Origin: Okamejei kenojei
Lineage: Eukaryota
Direction of reading: 5' to 3'
Assembly (NCBI GenBank): GCA_035221665.1
Contig: CM069164.1
Span: 18,414,001 to 18,478,000 of the forward strand
Length of the DNA: 64,000 nt
The notes beneath the pieces were generated by a model. It worked only from the letters and a program-made list of their open reading frames with translations. It ran no database searches and was not told where the DNA came from. Positions within the stretch are counted from its first letter, which is position 1. Every line of letters starts with the position of its first letter. A program made the position numbers and the translations under genes. Positions 28,603 through 40,983 of the stretch are shown here, piece by piece.

Positions 28603-30569
28603 ATTCATTAGCAGGCATCGAGCTGTTTGGTGAGCTGATAATGTTAATAAGTAATAATTACCCAGCTGAAAATAAAGGAAAAGTATCACCCTCCCTTAAG
28701 AAATGACATTGCCACGGGAGCCAAGTTAAAATCTATGCACTGATGGAAAGTAGGAGTAATGGGGCACTATCAAATATCACATGGTTATTGTTTTTGCTGT
28801 CAAAATCTCATGGGGCCAATGATATGCCCAGTGGTCCTAAACCAATTAAATTCTCAGCAAGCAAAAAAAACTGCAGGAGGAACTCAGCGGGCCAGACAGC
28901 ATCGGTGGAGGGAAGAGCGACAGACAATGTTCGAGTTGGGTCCCTTCTTCAAACTCTCAACAAATTATGTCACCACTGGTGAAAATGAATACTTGTACAC
29001 CTTTCTGAATTAAAATTGATTATCTATGGTGTCCCAAACCCACATGTCAGGTAAAACAAGTAATTGGAAAGATATTACATTTTATGGCATAATCTAACTG
29101 GACATATTTCCTGAACGAGCGTACATTTACATTTCCTACTCTACCCATCTTGGCCTATGTAATAAATCTGCAATCACACATGAACCTATTTTGTACAACT
29201 ACGTCTACAGATCTGGACCAGTGAAGGTTGGCTCACTGTTAACTTATTTGACAGCATTTTTGGTCATCACAGTCAGGAGACTTCATAGTGGTCATGAGAG
29301 TTTTTCAATATGTTGGCTCCCTGCTTTGTATGGGCTGGGGTTCAAAATAAAACCTACTCCTCTAATACATTATTAAGTTTATGTGCTTCTGAATTGAGCA
29401 GTGACCGCTTCGGGTACCTTTCACAATCCACTCGTCTTTATGCAAAGTCCATAAAGTGAAACTTTTAGATCTGTAGCCAACACTGCCAAAGGGCCCGATT
29501 CTGTTCTGCAACTCATCCAAGATTTCACTGGGAAATGGAGGGTGTAGGTTAAAGTGGAAACATTAACTTTTCCCCTTCCTGGTCCAAGTGATTAAGTGCA
29601 GTGTTGCGAGTCAAAGATCAGCTAATATACACACAGTGAAAACAGGGATAGGATTCACCCACTCATGGCAAGGACTCTCCATGTGTTATTCAAACAGAAT
29701 GAGACTTTTCATATGAACTCCAAACAGCTCCAGCAATATCATCCCTGTTCCTTTAATTGATTCAGCATTATATTATGACTTGCAATATAATTAAGGCAGA
29801 ATATTTCACATTCAGTAACATTATACATCAGTTTATCCATATTCTTAAAACTTTGTCTCACACAAAAAAGATTAAAACTGTCCACAAAAAGTTCTGGAGT
29901 AACCCAGCACATCAAGCAGCATCTCTGAAGAACATGGATATGTAGCATTTCAGGTCAGGAGCCTTCTTCAGGCACCATGAAATATGTCCATAATTGGCAA
30001 AAATTGATTTGCAGGACTGGATATCTCTGACATTCCAGAAATTTCTGGATATATTGCTCTTTAAACAAAATCCCTCAAAAATCACAAGAAACCTACTTGT
30101 AAAAATGACTGCATTGAATAATCAATATTTTAACAATAAGTCGCTGTTTTCTGCAGGTCTCAATTGTAGATACACTTTTCCTAAGTGTTGGAATTGAGTA
30201 GGCTACCAAAGTGCATGGGGTCAAAAGTAAAATCGGAAAGGGTAACAACACTGAAGCTGTTTTTATCCTAAGGAAGTGCTCAACTAAAATTCATAAATCA
30301 TTACTTTTCAAATAGCAATCAAGTGATTATAACCAAACACAAAGCATTGAAAAGTTACAGGAGAGGGAAGCAGGTATATGGAAAGTGGTGGAGGGAGAAT
30401 ATTTTTAAAATAAAATAGCTAGTTCAAACAAACAATGTATTTTATTTATACAGTTGAAACTCGATTAAAAAAAAATATTTTTCTGGGTGCTGATCTTGAA
30501 GCAGGATTTGCTGACCCAAGAAACGTTTTACTCAGCATTCATAAACGTTAGCTGAACAACTTTAATCTA

Positions 30570-30813
30570 CCTACATTGGAGGTCCGCTACAGTCTTGCGG
30601 GCCAGCATCATTGACTGACGTATCAGGTCACCGAAAAATTTGCGGAGTGATGCGGCAAGATGACGTATTGACATGCGATGTGTTTTTTCAAGTGTCGCAA
30701 CATTTTTTTTTCGCCGCTGGATTTTTAAATGTTCAAAATCTTTTGGCGACCCTGATATGACGGCGGCAGTCGCCGAAAAAAAAAAAAAAAAAATCGCCAA
30801 GTGGGACAGGCTC
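30570..30813. mobile_element. One-ended MITE of the CCTGTCCCACT terminal-repeat group
   Basis: Ends CGCCAAGTGGGACAGGC; CpG-rich interior; left terminal repeat not found. Confidence 0.55.
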
Positions 30814-31112
30814 TTTAGAGGTATGATTGTGGATTTACTTAGTTTTTGCTTTTGTGACTTAGATTTCAACCGGGTTTAATAAAGATCCTCACCGTCAGGT
30901 GATTATATGGTTTAATACTAAGTTGTGGCAGCCCTAGATTGGAATTACTGAGATGGAAAAAACTGGAAGCCCACGCTATCTGGTTCTTAAAAAGAAAAAA
31001 ACTTCAAACACTTGGATCAAGCATCGTCGGGGAAGAATTAACATTTCAGTTCAGTGGTCTCTCATCAGAACTTCCAATGCAAGATCCGTGAAGCTGCTAG
31101 TCAATCCTACTT

Positions 31113-31389
31113 ATAGATTCAGGGACAGTTTCTTCCCAACTGCTATGAGGCAACTGAACCATCCTACCACAACCAGAGAGCAGTCCTGAACTAGTATCTT
31201 CCTCATTGGGGACCCTCGGACCATCTTTGATCGTACTTTACTTTGCACTAAACATTATTCCCTTATCATGTATCTGTACACTGCGAATTGCTCAATTGAA
31301 ATCATGTATTGTCTTTCCGCAGGCAAGTTAGCGCACAACAAAAGCTTTTCACTGTACCCCGGTGCACGTGACCATAAACTAAACTGAAA
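31113..31389 (+). mobile_element. Rex/Babar-type LINE 3' tail
   Basis: RFRDSFFPTAMRQLN C-terminal motif followed by the 3' UTR shared with 28340-28602. Confidence 0.7.
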
Positions 31390-31951
31390 TTCAATCTCCA
31401 TGGAGGTGGCCTTGCCCAATTACTATTTCCAGCTTTTCCCATTTTTATTTCAATCCATTCCTAATTGGCATTGATAATTGCAATACTAATGAAGTTGTGC
31501 TGATTAGGGTGGGAGGAAGCTCCAGTGCAGAATATAATCTGGCATGGTCTGGTTGATCTGTAAGGTTTATTTTCATACTGTGTATTTAATGAAAAGGCTG
31601 TTCTTTGAAAATGGTGCTGAAATTTGCCTCTGCACTCCACAATTTGAGATATGTAATAGGAAAAAAAAAATCTCACATCTGGTTGAAGTGCACATTGTCA
31701 GATTTTATGAAATTTTATTTTCATACATTTTGGTTTCACCACATAGAAATTACAACTGTGTTTATACATAGTTCCCCCCCCCCCCCATTTCAGTGTACCA
31801 ACATGTTTGGGACACATGGCTTCAAAGGTGTTAGTAATTGCTCAGGTGTGTTTAAATGCCTCCTTAATGCAGTTATAAGAGACCTCACAGCATCTAGTCT
31901 ATCCTCCAGCCTTTCCATTACCTTTGGAAACTTTTATTGCTGTTTATCAAC

Positions 31952-32960
31952 ATGAGGACCAAAGTAGTGCCAATGAAAGTCAAAGAAGCCATTATGAGAC
32001 TGAGAAATAAGAATAAAACTATTAGAGACATCAGCCAAACCTTAGGCTTACCAAAATCAACTGTTTGGGACATCATTAAGAAGAAAGAGCACTGGTGCGC
32101 TTACTAATTGCAAAGGGACTGGCAGGCGAAGACCTCCACAGCTGATGACAGAAGAATTCTCTCTATAATAAAGAAAAATCCCCAAACACCTGTCCGACAG
32201 ATCAGAAACTCTCTTCAGGTGTGGCTTTGTCAATGACCACTGTTCGCAAAATACTTCATTAACAGAAATACAGAGGCTACACTGGTTTTTCCACTGGTTA
32301 GCTGCAAAAATAGGATGGCCAGGTTACAGTTTGCCAAGAAGTGCTTAAAAGAGCAACCACGGTTCCGGAAAAAGTTCTTGTGGGCAGATGAGAGGAAAAT
32401 TAATTTAGATCAGAGTGATGGCAAGAGGAAAGAATGTAGGACATAAAGAATTACCCAAGATCCAAAGCATACCACCTCATCTGTGAAACACAGTGGTGGG
32501 GGTGTTATGGCCTGGGCATGTATGGCTGCTGAAGGTCCTGGCTCACTTATCTTCATTGATGATATAACTGCTGATGGCAGTTGCATAATGAATTCTGAAG
32601 TGTATAGACACATCCTATTGCCTCAAGTTGAAACAAATGCCTCAAAAGTCATTGGCCAGCGGTTCATTCTACAGCAAGGCAATGATCCCAAATATACTGC
32701 TAAAGCAACAAAGGAGTTTTACAAAGCTAAAAGAGTGGCCAAGTCAATCACCCAATCTGAACCCAATTGAGCATGCCTTTTATATGCTGAAGAGAAAACT
32801 GAAGGGGACTACCCCCCAAAAGAAGCACAAGCTAAAAGTGGTCGCAATACAGGCCTGGCAGAGCATCACCAGAGAAGACACCCAGCAACTGGTGATGTCC
32901 ATGAATCGCAGACTTCAAGCAGTCATAGCATGCAAAGGATATGCAAAAAATACTAAAGAT
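31952..32960 (+). pseudogene. Frameshifted Tc1 transposase
   Basis: MRTKVVPMKVKEAIMRL...IRDISQTLGLPKSTVWDIIKK (HTH), LWADERKI, VKHSGGGVMAWACM, QQGNDPKYT, WPSQSPNLNPIEH; several frameshifts. Confidence 0.9.
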
Positions 32961-33000
32961 AACTACTTTCATTTATATGACATTGCTGTGTCCCAAACGT

Positions 33001-33200
33001 CCCTCAGAGGCAGTGGAGTCAGGTTCTCTGGATGCTTTCAAGAGAGAGCTAGATAGGGCTCTTAAAAATAGCAGAGTCAGGGGATATGGGGAGAAGGCAG
33101 GAACGGGGTGGGGTACTGATTGGGGATGATCAGCCATGATCACATTGAATGGCAGTGCTGGCTCGAAGGGCCAAATGGCCTACTCCTGCATCTATTGTCT
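33001..33200 (+). mobile_element. CR1 3' fragment nested in the Tc1 right terminal repeat
   Basis: Near-identical to 13597-13795; splits GTCCCAAAC | ATTATGGTGACCTGAAA. Confidence 0.85.
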
Positions 33201-34334
33201 ATTATGGTGACCTGAAATTGGGGGACTATGTATAAACTGCTGTAATTTCTACATGGCGAAACAAAAATGCATAAAAATACCCTTTATTAAAATCTGACAA
33301 TGTGCACTTTAACTACATGTGATATTTTCTATCACAAATCTCAAATTGTGGAGTACGGAGGCAAATAAATGATGGGTCTTTGTCCCAAACATTATGGAGG
33401 GCACTTTTTGTTCCCTTGTTGTGCTCGCAAGGCCTGTCAGATGCTCGGTCGTACACCGAACCTCTTCAATCCTGAAAATCGTAAAGCAGGAATAGTACTT
33501 AAAAGTGGCAGGAAACCAGATATCAATAGTTAAGGATGATGGCACATCCTCAGCTACTGTAAACAAGCAGTACAAATTTCTACAAGTAACACATTAACAA
33601 ATCTAGTCAAGCAGACCAATTGTAGTTATTTTTCATTCTATGAGAGAGACCACTGTTAATTTTCCCCACACCACCAGAATACACCCAACGCTATAAATAT
33701 TGGAAAAAGGAGAGACTGCAGATGCAGGAATCTTGGGGAGTAACAAAAACAAACTGCTGGAGGAACTCAGCAGGGCAAGCAGCTTCTGTGTAGGGAATGA
33801 ACAGATGACATTTCTAGTCAACTCTTATTTAAACTCAAATGTTGTCCCAACTCAAAACGTTTCCTGCCATGGATGGTGCCCGACCCATTGAGTTCCTCCA
33901 GCAGATTGTTTTGGTTTTTTTTTGCTATAAGCAATGGCATGCCCACTGTGTCATCTTAATGAAAGAAAGGGAATGTGGTTGGTGATCACCCTTTGCTCAG
34001 ACCCATCCCTCCCACCATAAGAGGTGAACACTCTCGTCCCCAATAGGCACCATACCATCCGAGGAAATCAGATTTGTTATTACAACAAGCAGGTGCTTTG
34101 GACTCATCTTCTCATTTAATCCAATAATTCAATCTAGATGGCAGCTACTAATTCAGTTTGTGGTGCAAGATCACAGCTGCTTTAAATTAAAATATACTGC
34201 AGACACAGTAACAATGTTTCCTCCACAGTCCAGCTAAAAAAAAAAATCACCTTGCACTTCTCGTTTCCAACCCGTTCAAAATAATAATTATTTCGCAATT
34301 CAAAATCCCCAACATTTTGCTAACCTATTTCATA

Positions 34335-34750
34335 GCCGAGCACCTTCATACAGCACAGAAACAGGCCCTTCAACCTAAATTGTCCATGCCGTCCCAACTT
34401 AGCTGGTCCCACCTGCCTGCATTTCACTCATATCCCTCCAAACCTTTCCTAACCATGTACCTGTCCAAATGCCCTTTAAATTTTGTTATCAGTACCTGCC
34501 TCAACTATCTACTCTGCCAGCCCAAACACCCATCACCCTGTGTGAAAAAATTCACCCCTCGGGTTCCTATTCAATCTTTCCCCTCTCAACTTAAACCTAC
34601 ATCCTCTGGTTCTTGATTCACCTACTCTGGGTGAAAGACTCTGTGCAATCACCCTATCTATTGCATCATAATTGTCTGCACCTCTGTTAGATCAGCCCTC
34701 AGCACCTCACAAAATAAAGTTCTAGTCTGTCCATGTAGCTCAGGCCCTCA
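34335..34750 (-). mobile_element. Degraded CR1 3' fragment
   Basis: Reverse complement of the CR1 C-terminus and 3' UTR (TTCACACAGGGTGATGG). Confidence 0.65.
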
Positions 34751-34751
34751 A

Positions 34752-35047
34752 GTTTAGTTTAGTTTAGAAATGCCGGGTGGAAACAGGCCCTTCGGCCCAC
34801 AGTCCGTGCCAACCAGCAATCACCCATACACCAGTTTTATCCAACACAGCAAGGACAATTTACGGAAGCCATTAACCAATAAAACATGCGTGTCATTGGA
34901 ATGTGGGGGGAAACTGGAGCACCTGGAGAAAACCCACCAGTCTCAGGGAGAACGCACAAACTCCGCACAGACAGCACCCATAGTAATGATTGAACCCGGG
35001 TCTCTGGGACTACAAGGCAACAACTCTACTGCTGCGCCACCGTGCCG
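34752..35047 (-). mobile_element. HE1-type tRNA-derived V-SINE
   Basis: tRNA-like head GGCACGGTGGCGCAGC with B box GGTTCAATC, V core, CR1-like tail, (CTAAA)n end. Confidence 0.8.
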
Positions 35048-37163
35048 TCCCACGTCCTGACAATATACTCAATCTTCTCTGCAATCTTTCCAGACTAAAT
35101 AGAGCAGAGCACTAACTGGAGCTGAATGATAAAATTCAATTCTAATTGCTCCCTGCAGAACCCAATTAGAACTCTATTTAATGAGTCAAATGTCCAAACA
35201 TAATCAGAAAATCCACCCTCTAATATGCAGTTCCATTCTTCTGACAAATGTAGCCCCTTCCACACATTTTCTTGAAATCTCAACAACCCTCGAGTAACTC
35301 CTATGTTGATTGACTTCAACAATGCACCTGCACTAGACATCCTTTGCATTCTTCCATGACAACAATACGCAATTCTATTGGGACATTAAACATTGACCTT
35401 TAAGCTCTTTGGAAATGGAGAGACAGAAATATAATCCACTATTTTATTTTGTGAATGCTGTGATCATTGAGCTAAACAACCTCAGTATGAAAAGCCCATT
35501 TAACTGACTAGATGCCAGGTACCAGCTGCTCTTGCCTCCATTTATGAAGGGATTTTACGGGGGACGTGGACGTCTGAACATTGTTCAATTTCTTCCATCC
35601 ATCGCCCATGTCTACCCCTCCCTCCCGAAAAAGAATGCCAACATTACTTCAAAGATTGTTCCAGTTACAGTAAGTTTTACGTTTTGCAACCAAAACAATC
35701 AAAATTCCAGTTGCTCAAATACATTTCATACACAACCCTTGAAAAATACCACACCTTAAACACGATAAAATGGGGTTTCATATTATTCTCCATAACCTAC
35801 CACTCCACTCACCTTAACAGCGCCATAAATCTTTAGATTAAAATCTATTGCCCAATTGCTATTTTTCTAAGCACCTCACACGAGTAAACAATATTCAGCC
35901 TCTACACTTTATAATGAAAACCACAGAGATCTGTGCCCCAAACTCTATAACATAGCTCAGCAGTATAATGCAGTAAGTATACTCATAGCAATATGAGGGG
36001 TTCTTTGTTGAAATGTACCTTATATATTAGGCATTAGGCATCTACTTTCCCAAAGCATCCATGTTTCCTTTGTGTGTAATTAAAAGATTGAGCTATTTAG
36101 CAAATACATTTTGGGTGAGGGGAAGAAATACATTTTAAGTCCCAACATGTTCTATCTAAATGCCTGTAATTTTCCATGTCATATCATTTTATTCCTCCAA
36201 GATATGGTTTTGCTTCAAACATTGCATCTCTTAAAATTTAAATCAGTTCCTCATACAACTTTTCCCTGTTCCTTTTTAATTAGCAGTTTGATTATCCTGC
36301 ATATACTCAAACGATCAAACTGTTAATTTATCTAAATCTTAGATTCCTTTAACAGAACAAAAAGAAAAACTATTGCATTTGCTGAGGATTATCAGAACAG
36401 ACAAAGTGGACAGAACAAATTATGTTCTCCAGCCCTTTGGGGTACAAGAGTGCAAGACGATTGCAGCAACAGAACCACTATGCACTTCAGCAAGTTGCCT
36501 TACAATAAAGCACTGCAATTTAAACACTTAGTCAGACTAGGAACGTTTGGCAGGACTGAACAACAAGAAATAGTGGCAATATGGCTAGAAGATACAGCCC
36601 CACCGCATTAACCACTTTGCCCACTCTGCATTTCACAAGTACTTGCAAATTTCATTGGCTTCTAGACAGAAGAGGCAAAGCTGCCTGTAAAAAGCCAGAC
36701 AGGTTTATCACCATCAGTTTGAACATTGAGCAATTCCCCCAAACCAAAACAACTACTACCACTAACAATAGTATATACTAAAGAATTCAGTGATGACTAC
36801 ATTGCAATGAACAGCAACTAACTGCCTTAATTCGTCAATGAGAAGAGTCGATTCAACATTCACAAGCAAAGAGGGGAGAAAACTGTTGCACGAGTACTCT
36901 CACAAAGAGTTATTTTCAAGAAACACATCTTGTGAAAATGTTCATATGTGTAGCAAAATTGTCTTGGCAAATGGTGCAAAGAAACAATACCTTCAGAGCT
37001 GCAACATTAAACTACTGTGATACATCTGATGCCATTAACGTAATCAAATAGAAACTGGAGAAATCTCATCATATAATACATAGTTAAATATACGGTCAAT
37101 CAAAATGATTTGAAAAAATAACAAGATGGTCCTTACGATGCTAATTATACAATTAAATCTTCA

Positions 37164-37580
37164 TCATTATATATTTAAAAAACACACTGTTAAGCGAGTA
37201 ACAATAAATGATTTCATAAAAGTACGTTGCCTCCCCTTCCCCATCCCTCTCCTCCCCCCCTCTCCCCTCCCCCTCAATCCATCTCCCCCTTCTCTCCCTG
37301 CCTCTCCATCCCATCCCCCCCCCTCCCTCTTTCCCCTCATCTTCCTCCCCCCCTCTATCTCTTTCTCTGCCCCACGAGATAGGACAGGGATGCAGTAAAA
37401 GGAGCCAATGAATAATATTAATATATTAATGGAGGGGGGGGGGGTGTCCCCACTCTCTCCCTTTCCCCCCCCCCATGTTTTTGGGGGGTGGTTAGTGTGT
37501 GTGTGTGACGCCGCAGGCCCCCTCCATCCCCGCAACCACGTGTTGAGGGGACGGGACCCAACGGGTCCCAGTTTCTCTAG
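37164..37580 (+). mobile_element. Non-autonomous Helitron-like insertion
   Basis: 3' hairpin GGGACCC-AAC-GGGTCCC (37553-37569), then CTAG (37577-37580) followed by T; candidate 5' A|TC at 37163/37164; C-rich low-complexity interior. Confidence 0.65.
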
Positions 37581-39524
37581 TATATTTAACAAAATTCATT
37601 GTTATGCGAGTAACAATAAATGATTTCACAAAAGTACAAGTTGGCATTTAATGTTGTATTGCAAGTTTGGAAACCTGCTGATCTTCTGCATTTAGAAATA
37701 TTCCTAATACGCTCTGAAATTATAGCCAGAATTATATAGTTTTTTTTTAAAAAAATCTCCTCCCTGCAAAGAAATTCCTTATCCTGCAAAGGACTGTTCA
37801 CTTGTAATCTTATTCAGACCTGAAGCAAGCCATTTGGGCTCTCGATTGTTCAGTTGACATTTTCCCCAGCTGGGTGCCTCACAAAGAACTGAACAGCAGT
37901 GAAAAATAACTTCCTATTGTCTCCTAGCTACAAGAAGAAAATCTATAAAATATACAATCGTCTCTTCGCATCCCTTATAGTTTCCAAAATACCAGAGTCA
38001 AAGGTTCCTTCAAGGGAAATCAAGAAAGCAAAAATTTGTTAAATTCTTCTATGTATGAGTGAACAGCAGAAAACAGAGCCTTAAGGGCTTCAGAGCCAGA
38101 AACTGTCCCTAAAGACCTGCTGTGATGTCCTTATGTGATAAGACTCCACAGTAACACTAAAGGCAAGCCATACGATTCACTGCATTCCTTAAGAACAATT
38201 CCTGGCAATCACAAACTTTGTGGAGGAACAACATGAAAGCTATGGACAATGAATAAGGGTCATCTGCTCTTTATCACAGGGCTAAACCTCATCCTGCATC
38301 GCCTATAACCTTTTAACCCAAAGAATTCTTAATTTGCACATGAATAATCAATTTCTCAACCATGGTGCAAGTAACTTTGGAAAAAGTGACACCTTCCAGT
38401 GTGTTGAGGTCTAACACTTCTTGGATGAACTAATTAAAAGTTTTAGATGCTTTACCAGACATTACACATCTGTGATAAAAGAGGATAACCTCATTGGCAA
38501 ATGCTGTAAGAAAAAACTATTCCTGCACCTAACTGCCTACATCGATTTGGAATGCACTTTTCTCTCCACTAAATGAAAAAGATGCCATTTCGCAACTTGC
38601 TCTAAATGGTTTCTGCATGACTGCAATCATGATTTAGTTATTTAGACAGCATCCTCATTACAGAAACCTGGAAAATACAGGTTTATGTTAAAGCATTTCA
38701 CGTGTACATGGGTGATCTTTACATTGATTTTCACCTGGTGTTAACTTGAAGTACAATAGCATGAAAAACATTTTATACAGATTGATCAAGTTTATTACTT
38801 TTTTTAAAATATCAGTCCAAATAACAAGTTATCACTACAATCAATAACTATGACAGCTAATTAATTTTATCACTCAAATATTTGACAACATTAATACTAT
38901 GTTAAGAGTTTCAGTTATACGTAACTCTGCAGCTGACAAATGTCATACCAAAGCCCAACAAACTTGTTATTCATCTACTCATCTAAACCAAGCCATTTTG
39001 TTCCAAACAATCTCTAAACACCCGAGGTGATAGTGTGCCTATGATCAACCACCTCAACTAAAACAGGAATCAATTCAGACCTTTGCTTCTCTCGATGACA
39101 TATTTGATCATTTAAATTGAAGAGGTTTGAGACTATTAGGAGACATTCGTAAAATTCTTAAACTAAGAGGAGATAACTTGCGACTGGTGCCCGATTAATG
39201 TAATTATATCAACAACTTTGAACTTACTCATCAGGGTTACAAAGTACCAGAGCTGAATTTTACTTGTCCAAAAAAAAATAAATATATATTTTACCTCATT
39301 GTAATACATTTACAAACCTACACATTAACCCAAATGAGACAGATCCACAACTTCAGAAAACTTTGTGTGGCCATATTTCCATTATGCCTCTTGTATTCAA
39401 GCAATTTATGACTTCATACAATGGATTTGCCTCGAGCTACCACTCATGTATCTCTGAATACCGATGCTAGTAATAAACATGACTGGCAACAATCAATATA
39501 ATCTGCTTTTACCTCAGACTGACA

Positions 39525-39812
39525 TTGGTGCAGCTCGTAGAGCAGTTGCCTCACAGCGCTAGAGGCCCGAGTTCAATACCTGACCTCGGGCATTGTCTGC
39601 GTGGATTGTGCATGTTCTCCCTGTGACTGCATGGGTTTCCTCTGGGTGCTCCGGTTTCCTCCCGCACCCCAAAGACAGGCTGGTTTGGAGGTTAATTGGC
39701 CTCTGTAAATTGCCCCCATGTGTAGGGAGTGGATGAGCAAGTGGGATAACATTGAACTACTATGAACAGGGGATCTATGCTCAATGTGGACTAGGTGGGC
39801 TGAAGGACCATG
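39525..39812 (+). mobile_element. HE1-type V-SINE (diverged)
   Basis: GGTGCAGC...AGTTCAATACC head and CATGGGTTTCCTCTGGGTGCTCCGGTTTCCTCCC core. Confidence 0.75.
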
Positions 39813-40452
39813 CTGAATCTTCCAATCAATCTCAACAATGATTTTGTGGCACATTTACAAATTTTCTTTACAGTTCTATTTCCTAGAATTAAACATATAT
39901 CTTATAAAATAAAGCCCCAAGGTTCTAACAGTATTATTAAATGTATGACTGAGATGAAGCATGGAGTGGAAAACTTATTTGACAAATGGAGACAAATTTT
40001 TAATGCTATTCTCTGTAAAGAACGCCATATTTATTTGTTCAACATACTTTAAAGATTTATCTGCGTAAACAAAACAAAAATCATTTCACCAACTGCAAAA
40101 TTGCCGGTACATCCTGTAAACTGGTAGCTTTATAAGAAATAATGACCAGGAATAGCACTCAACCATCTGCAATGTGAAGGCAAATATCATATCACAATCC
40201 CCTTGAACGTATCAACAGATGCAATACAATTTCCATTCAATTCAATTAGAATGACATATTTGACAAGTGACTTCCTTTACAATACATTATCTTTTGCTTC
40301 AATTAAAGATAGGCATTTCTACTACAATTTGATATGCTAGCCTCAATCCTTTTTGACTTTCCCTTGTTTGCAAACGTGCGAGTGTGAGTGCCTTAGTTGG
40401 GCACAATGGGTAAATTAGGATCCATTTAATTGGCAAAAACAAAGAAACTTAC

Positions 40453-40755
40453 TGGCCACGGTGAGGTGGGATTTCGGACTCAGAATGGCTCCATACTTAT
40501 TCTGAGCTAAACATTCATAGTAGCCTTCATCCGATCGTTCCCCTCTGCGATGTTCAACCTCAGTGATATAAAGCGATCCATTTGATAAAATGTATGTCCG
40601 CTCAGTATCCATCAACCTCTGTCCATTTTTTAGCCACACAATGGTAATTGGAAGTTCTCCATGAGCTTGGCAGTCAAGAACTACAGGGTCTTTCCGCAGA
40701 GCTGTGACATCATGGGGTTCCCTCATGAAAAATAGCTCAGTGAAGCTCCAAACGC
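40453..40755 (-). CDS. PRTG: Protogenin coding exon 2 (first Ig-like domain)
   Basis: Translates [44 protein letters not shown]...[44 protein letters not shown], matching recalled vertebrate PRTG Ig1; polypyrimidine tract plus CAG acceptor (40758-40756); GTAAGT donor at 40452; 303 nt, phase 1 to phase 1. Confidence 0.95.
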
Positions 40756-40869
40756 CTGAAAAAAACAAAACAAATCCATTCATAGATAACAAGACTTGCT
40801 TTAAAAAGTATTTTTAATATTGATAAGTAAAATAGTTCCCTTCATATATAAACAAATTACATGTGCTAG

Positions 40870-40983
40870 TGTAACAGGTCTGAAGGAGGGTCTCAACCCA
40901 AAACGTCACCTATTCCTTTTCTCCAGAAATGCTGTCTGACCCGCTGAGTTACTCCAGCTTTGTGTCTATCTTAGGAAGAAATG
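40870..40983 (+). mobile_element. Penelope-derived short element
   Basis: AGGT-CTGAAGG-AGGGTCTCAACCC-AAAACGTC-ACCT (stem I AGGU/ACCU kept, core decayed); imperfect TSD ACATGTGC(T/C)AG. Confidence 0.65.

Larger units (their letters stand above)
31622..33405 (+). mobile_element. Defective Tc1-family DNA transposon with long IR/DR-type terminal inverted repeats
   Basis: About 200-bp inverted repeats (31622-31820 versus 32985-33405, the right one split by a CR1 piece) containing repeated TGTTTGGGACA; outer end of the left repeat missing. Confidence 0.9.

Noticed and set aside
1-40452. PRTG exon 3 or later exons
   Set aside because: No minus-strand segment resembling Ig2 (GGVARF-C...WEFNR) with splice sites was found by eye; a short diverged exon could have been missed.
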